From positions 352,001 to 416,000 of the forward strand of contig CAXWPJ010000010.1 of NCBI GenBank assembly GCA_963664115.2: a DNA stretch of 64,000 nucleotides. The letters are read 5' to 3'. A program made the position numbers and the translations under genes. The notes beneath the pieces were generated by a model. That model did not search any database. It was not told where the DNA came from and worked only from the letters and a program-made list of their open reading frames with translations. Of the stretch, positions 26,876 through 37,105 are shown in pieces. Position 1 is the stretch's first letter; every line of letters begins with the position of its first letter. This DNA is from Terriglobia bacterium (lineage in GTDB: Bacteria; Acidobacteriota; Terriglobia; 20CM-2-55-15).

Positions 26876-28724
26876 ACCCAAAACAAGCGCATAACCAGTC
26901 CGCCGAGGCCCAGTTCGCGCCGATAGAATTCGAGGCATAGAATCCCGTTCCCGGATGGCCTGTTCCAGGTATCGAGTTTCTGTTGAATCTGTTTCAGTTC
27001 AGCCTCGCTGGTGTTGGACGGTTGACAGAAACCGGGACCTCGATCGCCCGGGCTCAGAGTCATGATCGGGTCAACATCGCAGAGGCTGACGCAACACATC
27101 CACCCCGCGGAACAAGACCGGCAACCACCGGTTCCAGGCCAGGATCCGGAACAGAATGCGCCGCCCGGTGCGCACGAGTTGGCACGGCACAAGCATGAAA
27201 GCGTTCAAGAAGGTTTTGAACTCCATGCGCAGCACGGTTTGCTTCTCAGCCTGATATTTTTGGCCCCAACGTCCGGTTTCGGGAAGCAGCAATGCAAACC
27301 ACGCTTTCAGTGTCCAGGCCAGTGACGCGATCACCATGTAGGCCCAGTTGCTGGTCTGATCTCCGACCGGCATCCGCAACGCCTGAACGCCGTTCTTCAA
27401 CTGCTCAATGAGATTCTCCTGATTGCACCGTTGATTGGCACGCATCACAATCTGGTCGGCCGGATCCGAACGGTTGGTAATGTAGAAGAAGTACCGGATG
27501 TCGTCAAACAACACCTGCTCTCCTTTGGCCACCGACAGATTCTTCCGCACCACGACGACACGGTAGTCCCGATCGCAGGCTCCGGGTCGATACCGAAACT
27601 CGGCCACATCCTCACCCTGCAAGCGGATATTGTCGAAACCGCGCTGCCGAACGATCTCTTCCTTCACGTTGTCGGGACGTTGGCGCGGTTCGGTCGCCAC
27701 GTCGTATTTCGCGGGCCGTTCCAGGCGCTTCCACTGGCGCGGCTCCAGTTCATCGGCCCGGGCCTTCAGGTTCGCCATCGCGTCAATCCCGAATATGAAA
27801 CCCACCTGCTGGTCGTCCCATCCGTCCAGATGCCGGGTCTGGCTGAAGTCCGTGTCCCCGCGCAGCAGGATCTGGCGAAACCCCGCATGCCGGCACAATG
27901 CGATGGCTTGGTCGAACCGGACCGCGGCTCCTTCATGCGACGGCCGGTTGCCGCTACGATTGACCAGATACAGCGGTTCGGCGGTGTTGGCCAGCGAGAT
28001 CATCAGCGGGTGATATCCCCACGTCCCGTCGTAGGCCACGTCCATCCCTTGCTTGCATTCCCCCGTGGTTTCGGCCAGTGTCCCGTCCGCGTCCAACACC
28101 GCTTCTTCGAAAAACGCCGCCGGTTGCTGTCGCCAGACTCCGAGCCGGACTTGATTGGTTGCCTCCATCAGACACTCCACGTCGTCGGCCTCGAATCTCC
28201 GGCAGAAGTCTCCCGCCGTCGTCGGATCCGGAATCCGTTGCGCTCCCAGCGCATCCAGATACACCGCATCGTTGCGCCGCAGTTCGATGTCTTCCAGGCA
28301 CGTTCCTCCGCTCAAGGCGTTGTAGGCGATGTTCAGCACGTGATCCGACTCGTGATACGGCAGGTGCCGCTTCAACACATGCACGCCCTTGTCGATGGCT
28401 TCGATCAGCCCGGTCCGCCGCGCCACCAGTTGCATCGTCCCGATACCACCAACCGATGTGCCCCGCGTCCGCTCTCCCATCTCGTACTGAATGTTGCTCG
28501 CCGAAAACATCGGCTCTACCTGATCCGTCCAATGCCGGTCCCCAAGCCGACGTTCGATTCGCCGCTTGCGGTTCCTCATGTTCTTGCGCGTATAATCGTT
28601 CATCTGAAATGCCTCCTTTTCCGAAGAATCTGTTCAAGGTTTTTTTCGCACGGAGACGGGGCATTTCGGGTACTTCCGCTCTTATTGCACTATCATTTCC
28701 TCGTCAATCACGCTTGTTCAGGGA
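26876..28724 (-). mobile_element. IS1380 family insertion sequence
   Basis: Imperfect TIRs ACCCAAAACAAGCG / TCCCTGAACAAGCG; CTAG on both sides (26872-26875, 28725-28728). Confidence 0.8.
27071..28603 (-). CDS. IS1380 family DDE transposase
   Basis: PDPTTAGDFCRRF, VLDADGT, GYHPL, LLRGDTDF, RCNQENLIEQLKNG, NWAYMVIASLAWTL. Confidence 0.9.
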   Translation of the reverse strand: MNDYTRKNMRNRKRRIERRLGDRHWTDQVEPMFSASNIQYEMGERTRGTSVGGIGTMQLVARRTGLIEAIDKGVHVLKRHLPYHESDHVLNIAYNALSGGTCLEDIELRRNDAVYLDALGAQRIPDPTTAGDFCRRFEADDVECLMEATNQVRLGVWRQQPAAFFEEAVLDADGTLAETTGECKQGMDVAYDGTWGYHPLMISLANTAEPLYLVNRSGNRPSHEGAAVRFDQAIALCRHAGFRQILLRGDTDFSQTRHLDGWDDQQVGFIFGIDAMANLKARADELEPRQWKRLERPAKYDVATEPRQRPDNVKEEIVRQRGFDNIRLQGEDVAEFRYRPGACDRDYRVVVVRKNLSVAKGEQVLFDDIRYFFYITNRSDPADQIVMRANQRCNQENLIEQLKNGVQALRMPVGDQTSNWAYMVIASLAWTLKAWFALLLPETGRWGQKYQAEKQTVLRMEFKTFLNAFMLVPCQLVRTGRRILFRILAWNRWLPVLFRGVDVLRQPLRC

Positions 28725-28783
28725 CTAGGGCGGAGTTTTCCGCTTACAGACTACTAAGAGGTTCTGCTTCGAGGAGGTGGGTC

Positions 28784-29191
28784 TTGGATATTCGGCGAAT
28801 ATTAGTTGTTGTGGCAGTTGTTGTGACGGTGTTCTCCGTGCTCGGTGGCGTGGCTGTGGCGCACCACGTCCGTGCCGCTTACAGCAGGGAAGATGTGACG
28901 ATGGAGGGAACCGTTACCGACTTCATATGGAGAAACCCGCACGCCCAAGTGGTGTTTGAGGTGAAGGATGCGGATGGAAAAGTCGTCGAGTGGAGGGGCG
29001 AATATTCGTCCGTGACCTCGATGATGGCAGCGGGCATGACTCGAAACACTTTCAAGCCGGGAGATGTCATCCGGTTCGAGGCGAGGGTGGCGACGTCGGG
29101 GGCGCCTTATGCTGTGCTGGGTGCAGCCTGGAGAGCCGATGGCACGCTGATTGTCCAGGGCGACTACACAGACCTAACTCGCGGAAATTGA
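28784..29191 (+). CDS. DUF6152 family exported protein
   Basis: GAGGAGG RBS; signal peptide then AHH...MEGTVTDFIWRNPHAQV...W..E...FKPGDVI. Confidence 0.75.
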   Translation: MDIRRILVVVAVVVTVFSVLGGVAVAHHVRAAYSREDVTMEGTVTDFIWRNPHAQVVFEVKDADGKVVEWRGEYSSVTSMMAAGMTRNTFKPGDVIRFEARVATSGAPYAVLGAAWRADGTLIVQGDYTDLTRGN

Positions 29192-29296
29192 TTCGGTTGT
29201 TCTTCGGTACTGGTGTTGGTTCTGTCAACTTACGGTGCGAAAGTCGAAATTGTACCGATTAGGCAAGTGCCTTTTTGGGATACCCTCAGACGTTTC

Positions 29297-29359
29297 GGGA
29301 CAGTAGGTCGTTCGGCTTCACATGCAGGAAGTCATCGGTTCAAATCCGGTCGGTCCCAC
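29297..29359 (+). pseudogene. Degenerate tRNA-Val(CAC) / tRNA fragment (possible att site)
   Basis: Anticodon loop TTCACAT, GCAGG, T-arm ATCGG-TTCAAAT-CCGGT, acceptor 3' CGGTCCCAC; 5' GGGACAG present, but the D-arm and 5' anticodon stem are broken. Confidence 0.7.
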
Positions 29360-29446
29360 TTTTGTGTTCAAAATAGGTTACCGGCACACAATGCATTCGC
29401 GAAAACCCCGCTTGTAGCCCGTCAAATCATTTCGTACAGAATCAGC

Positions 29447-29565
29447 TGAAACTCTAAGAGACACTTTCCTGATCGGAGGATCGAATGAACGAAAAAGTGT
29501 CTGCAGAAGATTGAGTGAGTGAGATTCGTCGAAAGACTCGAATGAAGTACTCGTCCGAGGAGAAG
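29447..29565 (+). mobile_element. IS3 family left-end / orfA remnant
   Basis: TG-starting end, GGAGG RBS, then MNEKVSAED*VSEIRRKTRMKYSSEEK resembling an IS3 OrfA N-terminus. Confidence 0.6.
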
Positions 29566-29693
29566 GGGACCTGTCAAGTCACTTCGTGAAGTTCTCGCTG
29601 CCCTCTACCAGCGCTAGAGTCAATCGACATTGTCCCAGCTCGGAACTACTGATATCGGACACTGCCAAAACGGACGGGATTGGCTTTGCTGCG

Positions 29694-29888
29694 TTACGCG
29701 CCCTTTGGTTCGGGGATCTCAAGATTCCGACAGATCTTGCGAACGAGGAAGTCGTTGATCTCGCGATGCCGGGGCACCGTAGACACCTTGCTCCGCGAGC
29801 GGTTCACATAGACCGAGTGATTTCCATCTTCGCGAAGCAATTCGCAACTATGTTGTTTCAAATGTCGGACGACGTCGCGGCGTTTCAC
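29694..29888 (-). CDS. hicA: HicA family toxin
   Basis: MKRRDVVRHL...LLREDGNHSVYVN...TVPRHREI; ATGA-coupled to hicB. Confidence 0.88.
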   Translation of the reverse strand: MKRRDVVRHLKQHSCELLREDGNHSVYVNRSRSKVSTVPRHREINDFLVRKICRNLEIPEPKGA

Positions 29889-30109
29889 TCAGACACGAGT
29901 TCGAAGGGTTCCCGGATGACGAGACGATTTTCGAGGCTCTCTTCGGCAAGTACGCGGTTCGTTTCAAGCACCAACTCTACGGCCTCCTGGAGATTTGATC
30001 GAACCTCTCGAAGAGTGGCCCCTTGCGTATTTGCACCGGGCAGTTCCTCAACGAACCCGATATAGCCCTCGGGCACTTTTTCGAAGATCGCCGTCAGTTT
30101 CAGAGTCAT
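29885..30109 (-). CDS. hicB: HicB family antitoxin (short)
   Basis: EGYIGFVEELPGANTQGATLREVRSNLQEAVELVLE. Confidence 0.88.
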   Translation of the reverse strand: MTLKLTAIFEKVPEGYIGFVEELPGANTQGATLREVRSNLQEAVELVLETNRVLAEESLENRLVIREPFELVSE

Positions 30110-30282
30110 GATGAATATCCTTGATCCATATTCTACACCCCAGCCGCGATCACTCCGTCATCGGCATCGCTCAATTTTCACCTAAACTACGAACCGGCAT
30201 TTTCCTGCCGCCTGCAAGCAATCAGCGCGTCCGCGCCGCCGAGCCGGGTATTTCCACCGCTCTGTGACCCTCCGATTTCCTC

Positions 30283-30603
30283 TTACATCCCCAAGCGATC
30301 CAGAAACCGGCGCATCCCCGCCGGGTGGATTCCAAGAACGATGGCTGCATCCCGGTGGTTTCCTCTCGTGAGTTCCAGGATGCCTCCGACGAACTTGCGC
30401 TTGGCCTGGAGGACGGCCTCTTCGAGTGTTTCGGGTTCGGTCTCCCGCACCTTGGGGCCGGCGAGCAGGTTGGCCGGCAGGTCTTCGACGGCGACAGGCT
30501 CGGAGGTGGCGAGCACCATCAGCTGTTCTATGACGTTCTGGAGTTGCCGCACGTTCCCGGGCCAGTCGTAGTTCTGGAACACCCGGAACACCTCCGGTGA
30601 CAG
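30283..30603 (-). pseudogene. C-terminal remnant of a sigma-54 activator
   Basis: YDWPGNVRQLQNVIE plus Fis-type HTH (GNHRDAAIVLGI); AAA+ core missing. Confidence 0.75.
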
Positions 30604-30789
30604 CGTGCGTGCTGCGTCAGACCAGCGGCATCAGCCCACTTGATGCACTTCGCTACGATTGATGTCGGTAGTGGACAGAAATTGCGGAACCGTTTACAAC
30701 ACTGCTTCTTGAAAAAATGCGGGCGTGTGCCGCGTGGACGGTTCGCCGGTTAACCAGCCAGGCGACCTGCGTCATGACTCCAGGTTCCC

Positions 30790-32361
30790 CTAAGGCAGTG
30801 GGTGATCTCTTGGAACTCTGACGACATAGGTTCCGGCGATCTTGTCGTGCCACGACTGCCGTTCGGGATCTGTCAGGATCCAGAACCAGCCCAAGCCGAG
30901 TACCACGGCGGAGAAGATGCTTGAGAGACCGCGGACGAAAGCGTCCGTAAAGCGCAGTGGGTGTCCATCGATCCTGACAACGCGTAGTTGGCAGATGATG
31001 CCGCCGACGGTTGTGGTCTTCCAACTCCAGAACGCGATGTGGTATGCGAGCAGAAGCACGAAGAATGCCCCGCCGTTGCTGAACACCAGGAGGCTGTTTA
31101 GAATCGCGACCAAAAGCAGGTCGAGGACGAAGGCGCCCGCCCGGATCAGGAAGGTCGCGCGTGGGAATAAGGTCAGATCCGTCGCTGCGGTTGCCGCTTC
31201 GGAAGCGGGCGACTCTGAAAATGACGGGTCCGACTCTGTCGACCTCGTTTCATCTGTGTGGGGAGTTCCCTGAGGCTCTCGTGATATCCCTTCTCCGGGG
31301 GGTGGAGGCGGCGGACTCGTCAGATTGGGATTTTCGTTGCGCAGTCCATCGGCCAGGCTGATTGAAGCTGCGCCGACCGCGAAAACACCCAGGCTCGCCG
31401 AGGCAACAAATCCGATAATGGGGACCATGAACGCGAGAACGATTAACCCGAATCCTACAAGCATAGAACCCGCCGCCTGAAGGCGGTTTCCGCCCCCGTC
31501 GGGACGCACCATTGTGTCGCCAATCCACCGGGCAACGGCCACGCTGCCCAAAAGGCCGGCAGCGGCCAGCGCCGCCCAGAGGAAGGGAATGATCGCCAAT
31601 CCGATGACCGATACCATCAGGATGAACGACGCCGGTCCGATCAGAAGCAATACCAGCAAGCCAACGAGGAACGTGGTCAGCGGCTTCCGTCCGAGAGTCT
31701 GAACGCAGGCTCTTACCGGTCCGTCAAAGAGAAGGTTCAGGCCAAGATACAGGGCCAACAAGACAGCCACAAGACTCCAGACCCAGGCGAGTTCGGGGAC
31801 AATGAGTCTGCCCCAAAAAAGACCGCGGGTTACCCAGGGAACCGCGGCTGCAAGCAAAGCGGTGCCGCCGAAGATGTTACCCATGATCACCTGATCGCCG
31901 CCGGGCGCGAACCCGGCCGGGCTGTCGATCACGCCGGCGATGACCACCATATCGCCGGCCACGGTGGCCCCGGGGAGGATTGTGAGGTTTCCGCCTATCA
32001 ACACGAAGTCGCCCTCGATACTTCCGGTTTCGGAAATTTCGGCTGAGCCGCCCATGACGACGACATCGCCATCCACGTCGCCGTGGATTGTCGCCATTGC
32101 GCCGAAAAGGACCAGGTCCCCTACGGTCTCATCTGCTTCGATCGTGTAGTCGTCCCCGAACCGGACGATGTCAGTATTCCTGCGGCGAGTGCCGGCCGGC
32201 GGTTCAGACTCGGTTCCAACTTCGCCTTCCTGTGCAGCCACGACTGCTTCGCTAATCGCTTCTGCAAGTGGCGTCGGCTGTTGGGCGCCGGCGGAACTCG
32301 CAGTGAAACCGCACAGTAGGAGCGCGGCAATCCAGCGCCGAATTTCGATTCCGTCAATCAT
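30790..32361 (-). CDS. Membrane protein: bactofilin/polymer-forming-like beta-helix + TM region + RDD domain
   Basis: Signal peptide; GDLVLFGA..IHGDVDGDVVVMGG repeats; C-terminal RAGAFVLD...TTVGGIICQLRVV...RQSWHDKIAGTYVV (RDD). Confidence 0.8.
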   Translation of the reverse strand: MIDGIEIRRWIAALLLCGFTASSAGAQQPTPLAEAISEAVVAAQEGEVGTESEPPAGTRRRNTDIVRFGDDYTIEADETVGDLVLFGAMATIHGDVDGDVVVMGGSAEISETGSIEGDFVLIGGNLTILPGATVAGDMVVIAGVIDSPAGFAPGGDQVIMGNIFGGTALLAAAVPWVTRGLFWGRLIVPELAWVWSLVAVLLALYLGLNLLFDGPVRACVQTLGRKPLTTFLVGLLVLLLIGPASFILMVSVIGLAIIPFLWAALAAAGLLGSVAVARWIGDTMVRPDGGGNRLQAAGSMLVGFGLIVLAFMVPIIGFVASASLGVFAVGAASISLADGLRNENPNLTSPPPPPPGEGISREPQGTPHTDETRSTESDPSFSESPASEAATAATDLTLFPRATFLIRAGAFVLDLLLVAILNSLLVFSNGGAFFVLLLAYHIAFWSWKTTTVGGIICQLRVVRIDGHPLRFTDAFVRGLSSIFSAVVLGLGWFWILTDPERQSWHDKIAGTYVVRVPRDHPLP

Positions 32362-32819
32362 GTTGACTCTCCTCCAAGACTGGCCATGCGTGTCAGGGCC
32401 GCTCCCAATCCCGCGCACGTTGTGCCCATCATTATTCCAAGTACGACAAGGTAGCCGAGCAAGGGTTCGATCAGCACGCGCCGGAGAGCTTCAACGGCGA
32501 CAAAGGTGGCCCGAACGTCTCCGGTAAGATTCATCACAGGTTGGACAACGACAGACAGGACATCTCTCAAAGCGCCCTGAAACAGCGGCTCCACAAAAGT
32601 GAGACCTGCAAGGACGACGCCCATCATCCCCGCGGAGACGAGACGCAACACCGGCGGCCAGTGCGACCACGTCCGCCGGTACCAGGGAATTTTCGGCGGA
32701 CTCTCGAGGGCCGCAAGCACTCGGGGGAGCAGCGTCGAAGGCGCCTCCGGCAGGGGCAGGCTTTTCAATCCACGGTCAATAAGCTCTTCAAGATTTTTAC
32801 TATTCATCGGTCTTCGCAA
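32358..32819 (-). CDS. Putative membrane anti-sigma factor
   Basis: LKSLPLPEAPSTLLPRVLAAL followed by two TM segments; directly after the ECF sigma gene. Confidence 0.65.
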   Translation of the reverse strand: MRRPMNSKNLEELIDRGLKSLPLPEAPSTLLPRVLAALESPPKIPWYRRTWSHWPPVLRLVSAGMMGVVLAGLTFVEPLFQGALRDVLSVVVQPVMNLTGDVRATFVAVEALRRVLIEPLLGYLVVLGIMMGTTCAGLGAALTRMASLGGEST

Positions 32820-32830
32820 ACGCCATGTCT

Positions 32831-33358
32831 CTATTGGAGTTGTCGTTTCAGTGTCGCGCGGCCCCTATGGATGTCGGTCTTCACTTTCCCCAATGAAACG
32901 CCCAGCAACGCGGCAATGTCCTCATAGCTCTTGTCTTCAAAGTGGAACAGGACCAGAGGCACCCTTTGCTGATCCGGCAAAGCTCCGAGCGCCGCTTCCA
33001 GTCTTTGTTGCCGCTCGGCCCGCTCGATTTCTCGTGCCGGGGTCTCTCCGCTGGAAATGCTGTCCTCATATGCGTTTTCCGTTTCCTCGCCGTCACCCCG
33101 ACCCATTTCGCTGAAGAAGCGCCAGCGTTTTCTATAGCGTGTAAGGTGGTTGAGACATACATTCGTCGTTACTTTTTTCAGCCACCCGCCCAGGGCCGGA
33201 CTGGAGCCAATCGATTCGAAGTGCTCGAACGCCTTCAGGAAGACCGTTTGAGCCACATCCTCCGCGTCGGTGACATTGCCGAGCAGCCGGAACGCGGTGC
33301 CGAACACGAGGTCCTGGTACGCCCTTATAAATGTCTCAAATTGGTGGGCGCCCGTCAT
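32831..33358 (-). CDS. ECF sigma factor (SigW-like)
   Basis: DAEDVAQTVFLKAF, WLKKVTTNVCLNHL, SYEDIAALLGVSLGKVKTDIHRGR. Confidence 0.9.
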   Translation of the reverse strand: MTGAHQFETFIRAYQDLVFGTAFRLLGNVTDAEDVAQTVFLKAFEHFESIGSSPALGGWLKKVTTNVCLNHLTRYRKRWRFFSEMGRGDGEETENAYEDSISSGETPAREIERAERQQRLEAALGALPDQQRVPLVLFHFEDKSYEDIAALLGVSLGKVKTDIHRGRATLKRQLQ

Positions 33359-33393
33359 CGTGTGGAGATTGTTGGCCCTCTGCCGTCCCCTAC

Positions 33394-33421
33394 ATAACCC
33401 ACGAGGCCGGCGAAAGTTTCA
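33394..33421 (-). promoter_or_regulatory. Putative autoregulatory ECF promoter
   Basis: TGAAAC-N16-GGTTAT upstream of the sigma gene, resembling SigW-type TGAAAC-N16-CGTA. Confidence 0.4.
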
Positions 33422-33603
33422 AGAGAGACACGGTCAAGTGATCCGAGCAGGGGCTCAAATACTAGAGTTTGCCCGTCAGGAAACATGCCCAGTTTGGTTC
33501 GCTCCCTCTGTTTCCCTTCACTTTACCCTGCGTTTCTCTACGGGTGAGGTGTTCACCTCGACTGCACAGGGATCTATATTGAAGAGGAAAGATCCTTGAC
33601 GAG

Positions 33604-33792
33604 ATGACGCAGCAGGAGCTCGCCGAGAGGATCGCCGTCACGCGCCAGACCGTCAACGCCATCGAGCTCGGTAAGTATTCGCCGTCGCTGGAGATCGCGT
33701 TTCGCATCGCTAATATCTTTGGCATGCCGCTCGAGGAGGTGTTCCAACATCAGGTAGCTAAAGAGGCAGATCGAGATGGGCGTCATTGGTGA
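33604..33792 (+). CDS. XRE/Cro-family HTH regulator (probably N-truncated)
   Basis: MTQQELAERIAVTRQTVNAIELGKYSPSLEIAFRIANIFG. Confidence 0.75.
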   Translation: MTQQELAERIAVTRQTVNAIELGKYSPSLEIAFRIANIFGMPLEEVFQHQVAKEADRDGRHW

Positions 33793-34218
33793 ATGTGCTC
33801 ACTGATGACTGCGGCGATGCCTGGGGCCCTGGAAATACGGTCATTTGATCGCCGTTCGTTGGATGCGTCGCCGGTTATACGGCAAAGTGACTCCGGCCCT
33901 AATCCCTATGGCTGCGGGTTCCTGAGGATGCTCTTATTGAACGATGTTCTATTTGAAGAACTGGAAAAGTGAGACGTCGTATAAACCTGCTGTTGCTACC
34001 AATTTATTGCAAGTATATGATCCGTCCGTGTTAATTCTAGCCACTGTCTAAGCAGCCCGAAGACTCGGAGAACCACCGGGGACCGTAACGTTGCGCCCTC
34101 CATTAATGGTGTCCGATTTCGGGGTCTGGCCTCCTCATTCTATTCACCAACTATTCCGTCTCATCCAGAGGCCGCGTGCCGGGCGTGCTCGGCAATTCCA
34201 GGTAAAAAGGAGTGAGCA

Positions 34219-34722
34219 ATGCTCGTTCGATCTGAGGAAATAACTGATCGGGATGCCGTATATGCCGTCAATGTAGCAGCCTTGGCAACGCCATCTGAGG
34301 CCGATCTTGTTGACGCCCTTCGAGAGCAAGCGCAGCCGGTCATTTCGCTCGTTGCTGACGTTAGCGGGGAAATCGTTGGCCACATCATGTTTTCGCCGGT
34401 TTCTCTTTCGGAGCATCCGGATCTAAATGCGATGGACCTAGCACCCATGGCGGTTGTGCCGAAATACCAGAGGAATGCTATTGGCTCAGCCCTTGTGCGG
34501 GTAGGTCTTGAGCGGTGTGTGCAACTGGGATTTGCTGCAGTGTTTGTTCTGGGACACCCAGAGTATTATCCCCGCTTTGGCTTCGTGCCTTCGTCCCGAT
34601 TCGGTATCGACTCTGAGTATGACGTGTCAGAGGACGTGTTCATGGCGATGGAGTTGGGGCCAGAAGCTTTGACTGGAAGGACTGGTAAACTCAAGTACCA
34701 TCCGGCATTCAGCGACGTATAG
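34219..34722 (+). CDS. GNAT N-acetyltransferase (YhbS-like)
   Basis: AAGGAG RBS; EADLVDALR, IVGHIMFSPV, LAPMAV.P.YQ, VLGHPEYYPRFGF. Confidence 0.88.
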   Translation: MLVRSEEITDRDAVYAVNVAALATPSEADLVDALREQAQPVISLVADVSGEIVGHIMFSPVSLSEHPDLNAMDLAPMAVVPKYQRNAIGSALVRVGLERCVQLGFAAVFVLGHPEYYPRFGFVPSSRFGIDSEYDVSEDVFMAMELGPEALTGRTGKLKYHPAFSDV

Positions 34723-34813
34723 CAACACAGTAGGGCAGTTGTTGGAGGCTACCCTTACCAGGACGAAATCGGCGGCAACAAACGATTGGACCGAGATTCC
34801 GAAGCGTTACAAG

Positions 34814-35936
34814 TTAGAAGTAGAAGCCCTTCTTGTGCTGGAAGGTCACGGAGTCCGGGTCCGGAACCTCGGATTCGGGGGCAAGTTCCACGGTGATCTC
34901 GCGGAGATCGTCGGTCGCTTGCAAGTCGCCGGGTAGGAATCCCAAGCGGTATCTGGATCGGAGATGAATGTCTATCGCGTTCAGCATGCCACTGTACTGG
35001 TTCGCAGTTACCGGGAAGCAAGGATGTCCCTCCAGTCACATCGGCAAGCGAGCGAAGGGCAGCCCGCGCTTGTAGCAACTGGGTGCGAGTCGGTAATCTG
35101 CGAAGCGGATCTGGGGAAAAAACATCGTCCAGGGGACCGCTTTTCATCCCTGCCTGTTCTTGATCCTGCCGCGCCTCGATGAACAAGAGAGCTTCTTCGC
35201 TCATTCCGAAGGAGTAAATCGTCGTATCTGATGCGTTCGCGATTTTCAGCAACTCACCATAGTTGTTGTCGCTGCTGGTGTCCCATCCGCTGCTGAAGAG
35301 AACAATGGCCTTGGTGCCCTCGATCGACTTCATCCGGTCGAGCGTGAGATAGACGGCGTCGTAGAACGCCGTGCTCAGTTGAGTCAGCGTGGATAGACGC
35401 TGATCCCGGATCCGGTCAATAAGGAGGGCCTTATTTTGAGTGAATTCAGCATCGATCCAGGGGCGCCTATCGTAGCCGACAATGGCAGCCCAATCTTCCG
35501 TCCGGAGCGATCGGATGAAGCCCTCGGCCGGAACCAGGCTCCGGTCTTCCGCAATGATGGACTCATCGAAGACAGAACGATTTAACAGTGCGCTGAATTC
35601 GATAATCACGGTCGCGGTGACCGGGCCACCCACTTCCTGAAAACTCGAAATCGGCTGCTCCGTACCGTCCACAAATAGCTTGATTTGCTCTTGCAGCAGT
35701 CCGCGAAGCGGCTGGCCGCTGGCGTCTCTGACGACGACGTCAACGGTGATGAGGTTCTCGTCCGTAACGTCGTTGGCGGAAGCGGCTGGACCGGTGGGGA
35801 CCTCCGTTGCTATCGCCGGTAGCGGAATGTTTCGTCCGACATCTCTTCGGGGGCCTTGCGCGCCGGCAACGCCAAGCCCGAATACGAGCAGCAAGAGCGT
35901 TGCTGTGGGACAACGTCGGGGCAAAAAACGTGTCAT
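34814..35936 (-). pseudogene. Acidobacterial VWA-domain exported protein, frameshifted near 35020
   Basis: LITVDVVVRD..G.PLRGL, TAFYDAV, KAIVLFSSGWD, LADVTGG; the family-type C-terminus FPVTANQY...LRSRYRLGFLP...HKKGFYF* lies in another frame. Confidence 0.8.
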
Positions 35937-35950
35937 GGGTAGCACCTCGC

Positions 35951-37105
35951 TAGTGGTCCCCGTTAAACAGACTGTAACTTATCAAGATTTCGCCGGCCGC
36001 GCTGGACTTTAGCAAGGATGTCGGAAGCCGTTGCAGTCCAGATGAAGGGTTTCGGGTCTTCATTGTGACGAGCGAGGTAGTCCTCCACGGCCTGGATCAA
36101 CTCGGGGACCGAGCGGAAAACGCCACGCCGGAGTCGTTGCTCGGACAGATCCCGGAAAAAGCGCTCGACCATGTTGAGCCACGACGCACTGGTTGGCGTG
36201 AAGTGCACATGAAAACGCTTGTTACGCTTGAGCCAGTTGACGACTTTCTGATGTTTGTGAGTCGCATAGTTGTCGCAAATAATGTGGATCTCCTTATCTT
36301 TCGGCATGGCGCGTTTGATCTGATTCAGAAACCGGATCCATTCCTGATGGCGATGCTTTGGCATGCAGGTTCCGATGACCGAACCGTCCAGGATGTTGAG
36401 CGCGGCGAAAAGCGTGGTTGTCCCGTTACGTTTGTAATCGTGGGTCATGGTGCCACACCGCCCCTTCTTCAGAGGTAACCCGGGTTGCGTGCGGTCCAGG
36501 GCCTGCATCTGGCTCTTCTCATCGCAGGACAAGACAATGGCGTTTTCCGGTGGGCTCAGATACAGACCGACCACATCCTCCAGCTTTTCGGCGAATCGTT
36601 TGTCGTTGGATAGTTTGAAGGTTCGTGACAGATGAGGCTTCAGTCCATGGACCCGCCAGATTTTCCCGACCGTGGACTCGCTCACGCCAACGGCCTTCGC
36701 CATCGAGGCCCGACTCCAGTGCGTCGCGTTCGGGGGCTTCTCTTCCAGTGTCTTCTTGACGATCCGGGCTCGCTTCCGGCGACTGATCGTGGGAATCCGT
36801 CCGCTTCGCGGCGCATCCTTTTCGATCCCAGCCAAGCCCTGTTCCACAAAACGATTGCGCCAGCGGCCCGCTTTCTGGCGCGTGATCTCCAAGCGGGCGG
36901 CGATCTCATAATTGTTCCGACCTTCAGCGGCCAGTAATACAATTCGGGATCGTTCCGCCAACCGGACCGATGTACTCCGGCTTCGACTCAGTCGCTCCAA
37001 CTCCATCCGCTGCTTGTCATCCAATTCAATGGTCGGTGCTTTCCTCATTCTCTATTGGACGTTGGAAAGCTATTTTAGTTACATTACTTCGAGCGGGGTA
37101 CACTA
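35951..37105 (-). mobile_element. IS630 family insertion sequence
   Basis: Ends TAGTGGTCCCCG / TAGTGTACCCCG (reverse complement) in a CTAG context with TA duplication. Confidence 0.85.
35963..37048 (-). CDS. IS630 family transposase
   Basis: THWS, SCDEKSQMQALDRTQP, THDYKRNGTTTLFAAL, ICDNYATHK, HFTPTSASWLNMVERFF. Confidence 0.95.
   Translation of the reverse strand: MRKAPTIELDDKQRMELERLSRSRSTSVRLAERSRIVLLAAEGRNNYEIAARLEITRQKAGRWRNRFVEQGLAGIEKDAPRSGRIPTISRRKRARIVKKTLEEKPPNATHWSRASMAKAVGVSESTVGKIWRVHGLKPHLSRTFKLSNDKRFAEKLEDVVGLYLSPPENAIVLSCDEKSQMQALDRTQPGLPLKKGRCGTMTHDYKRNGTTTLFAALNILDGSVIGTCMPKHRHQEWIRFLNQIKRAMPKDKEIHIICDNYATHKHQKVVNWLKRNKRFHVHFTPTSASWLNMVERFFRDLSEQRLRRGVFRSVPELIQAVEDYLARHNEDPKPFIWTATASDILAKVQRGRRNLDKLQSV

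Noticed and set aside
27431-28783. 586-aa ORF as a transposase-DUF6152 fusion
   Set aside because: The first ~450 codons are antisense to the IS1380 transposase; the real gene starts at 28784 after its own RBS.
34100-34140. GGTGTCCGATTTCGGGGTCTGGCCTC as an IS right end
   Set aside because: No partner end or transposase remnant could be identified.
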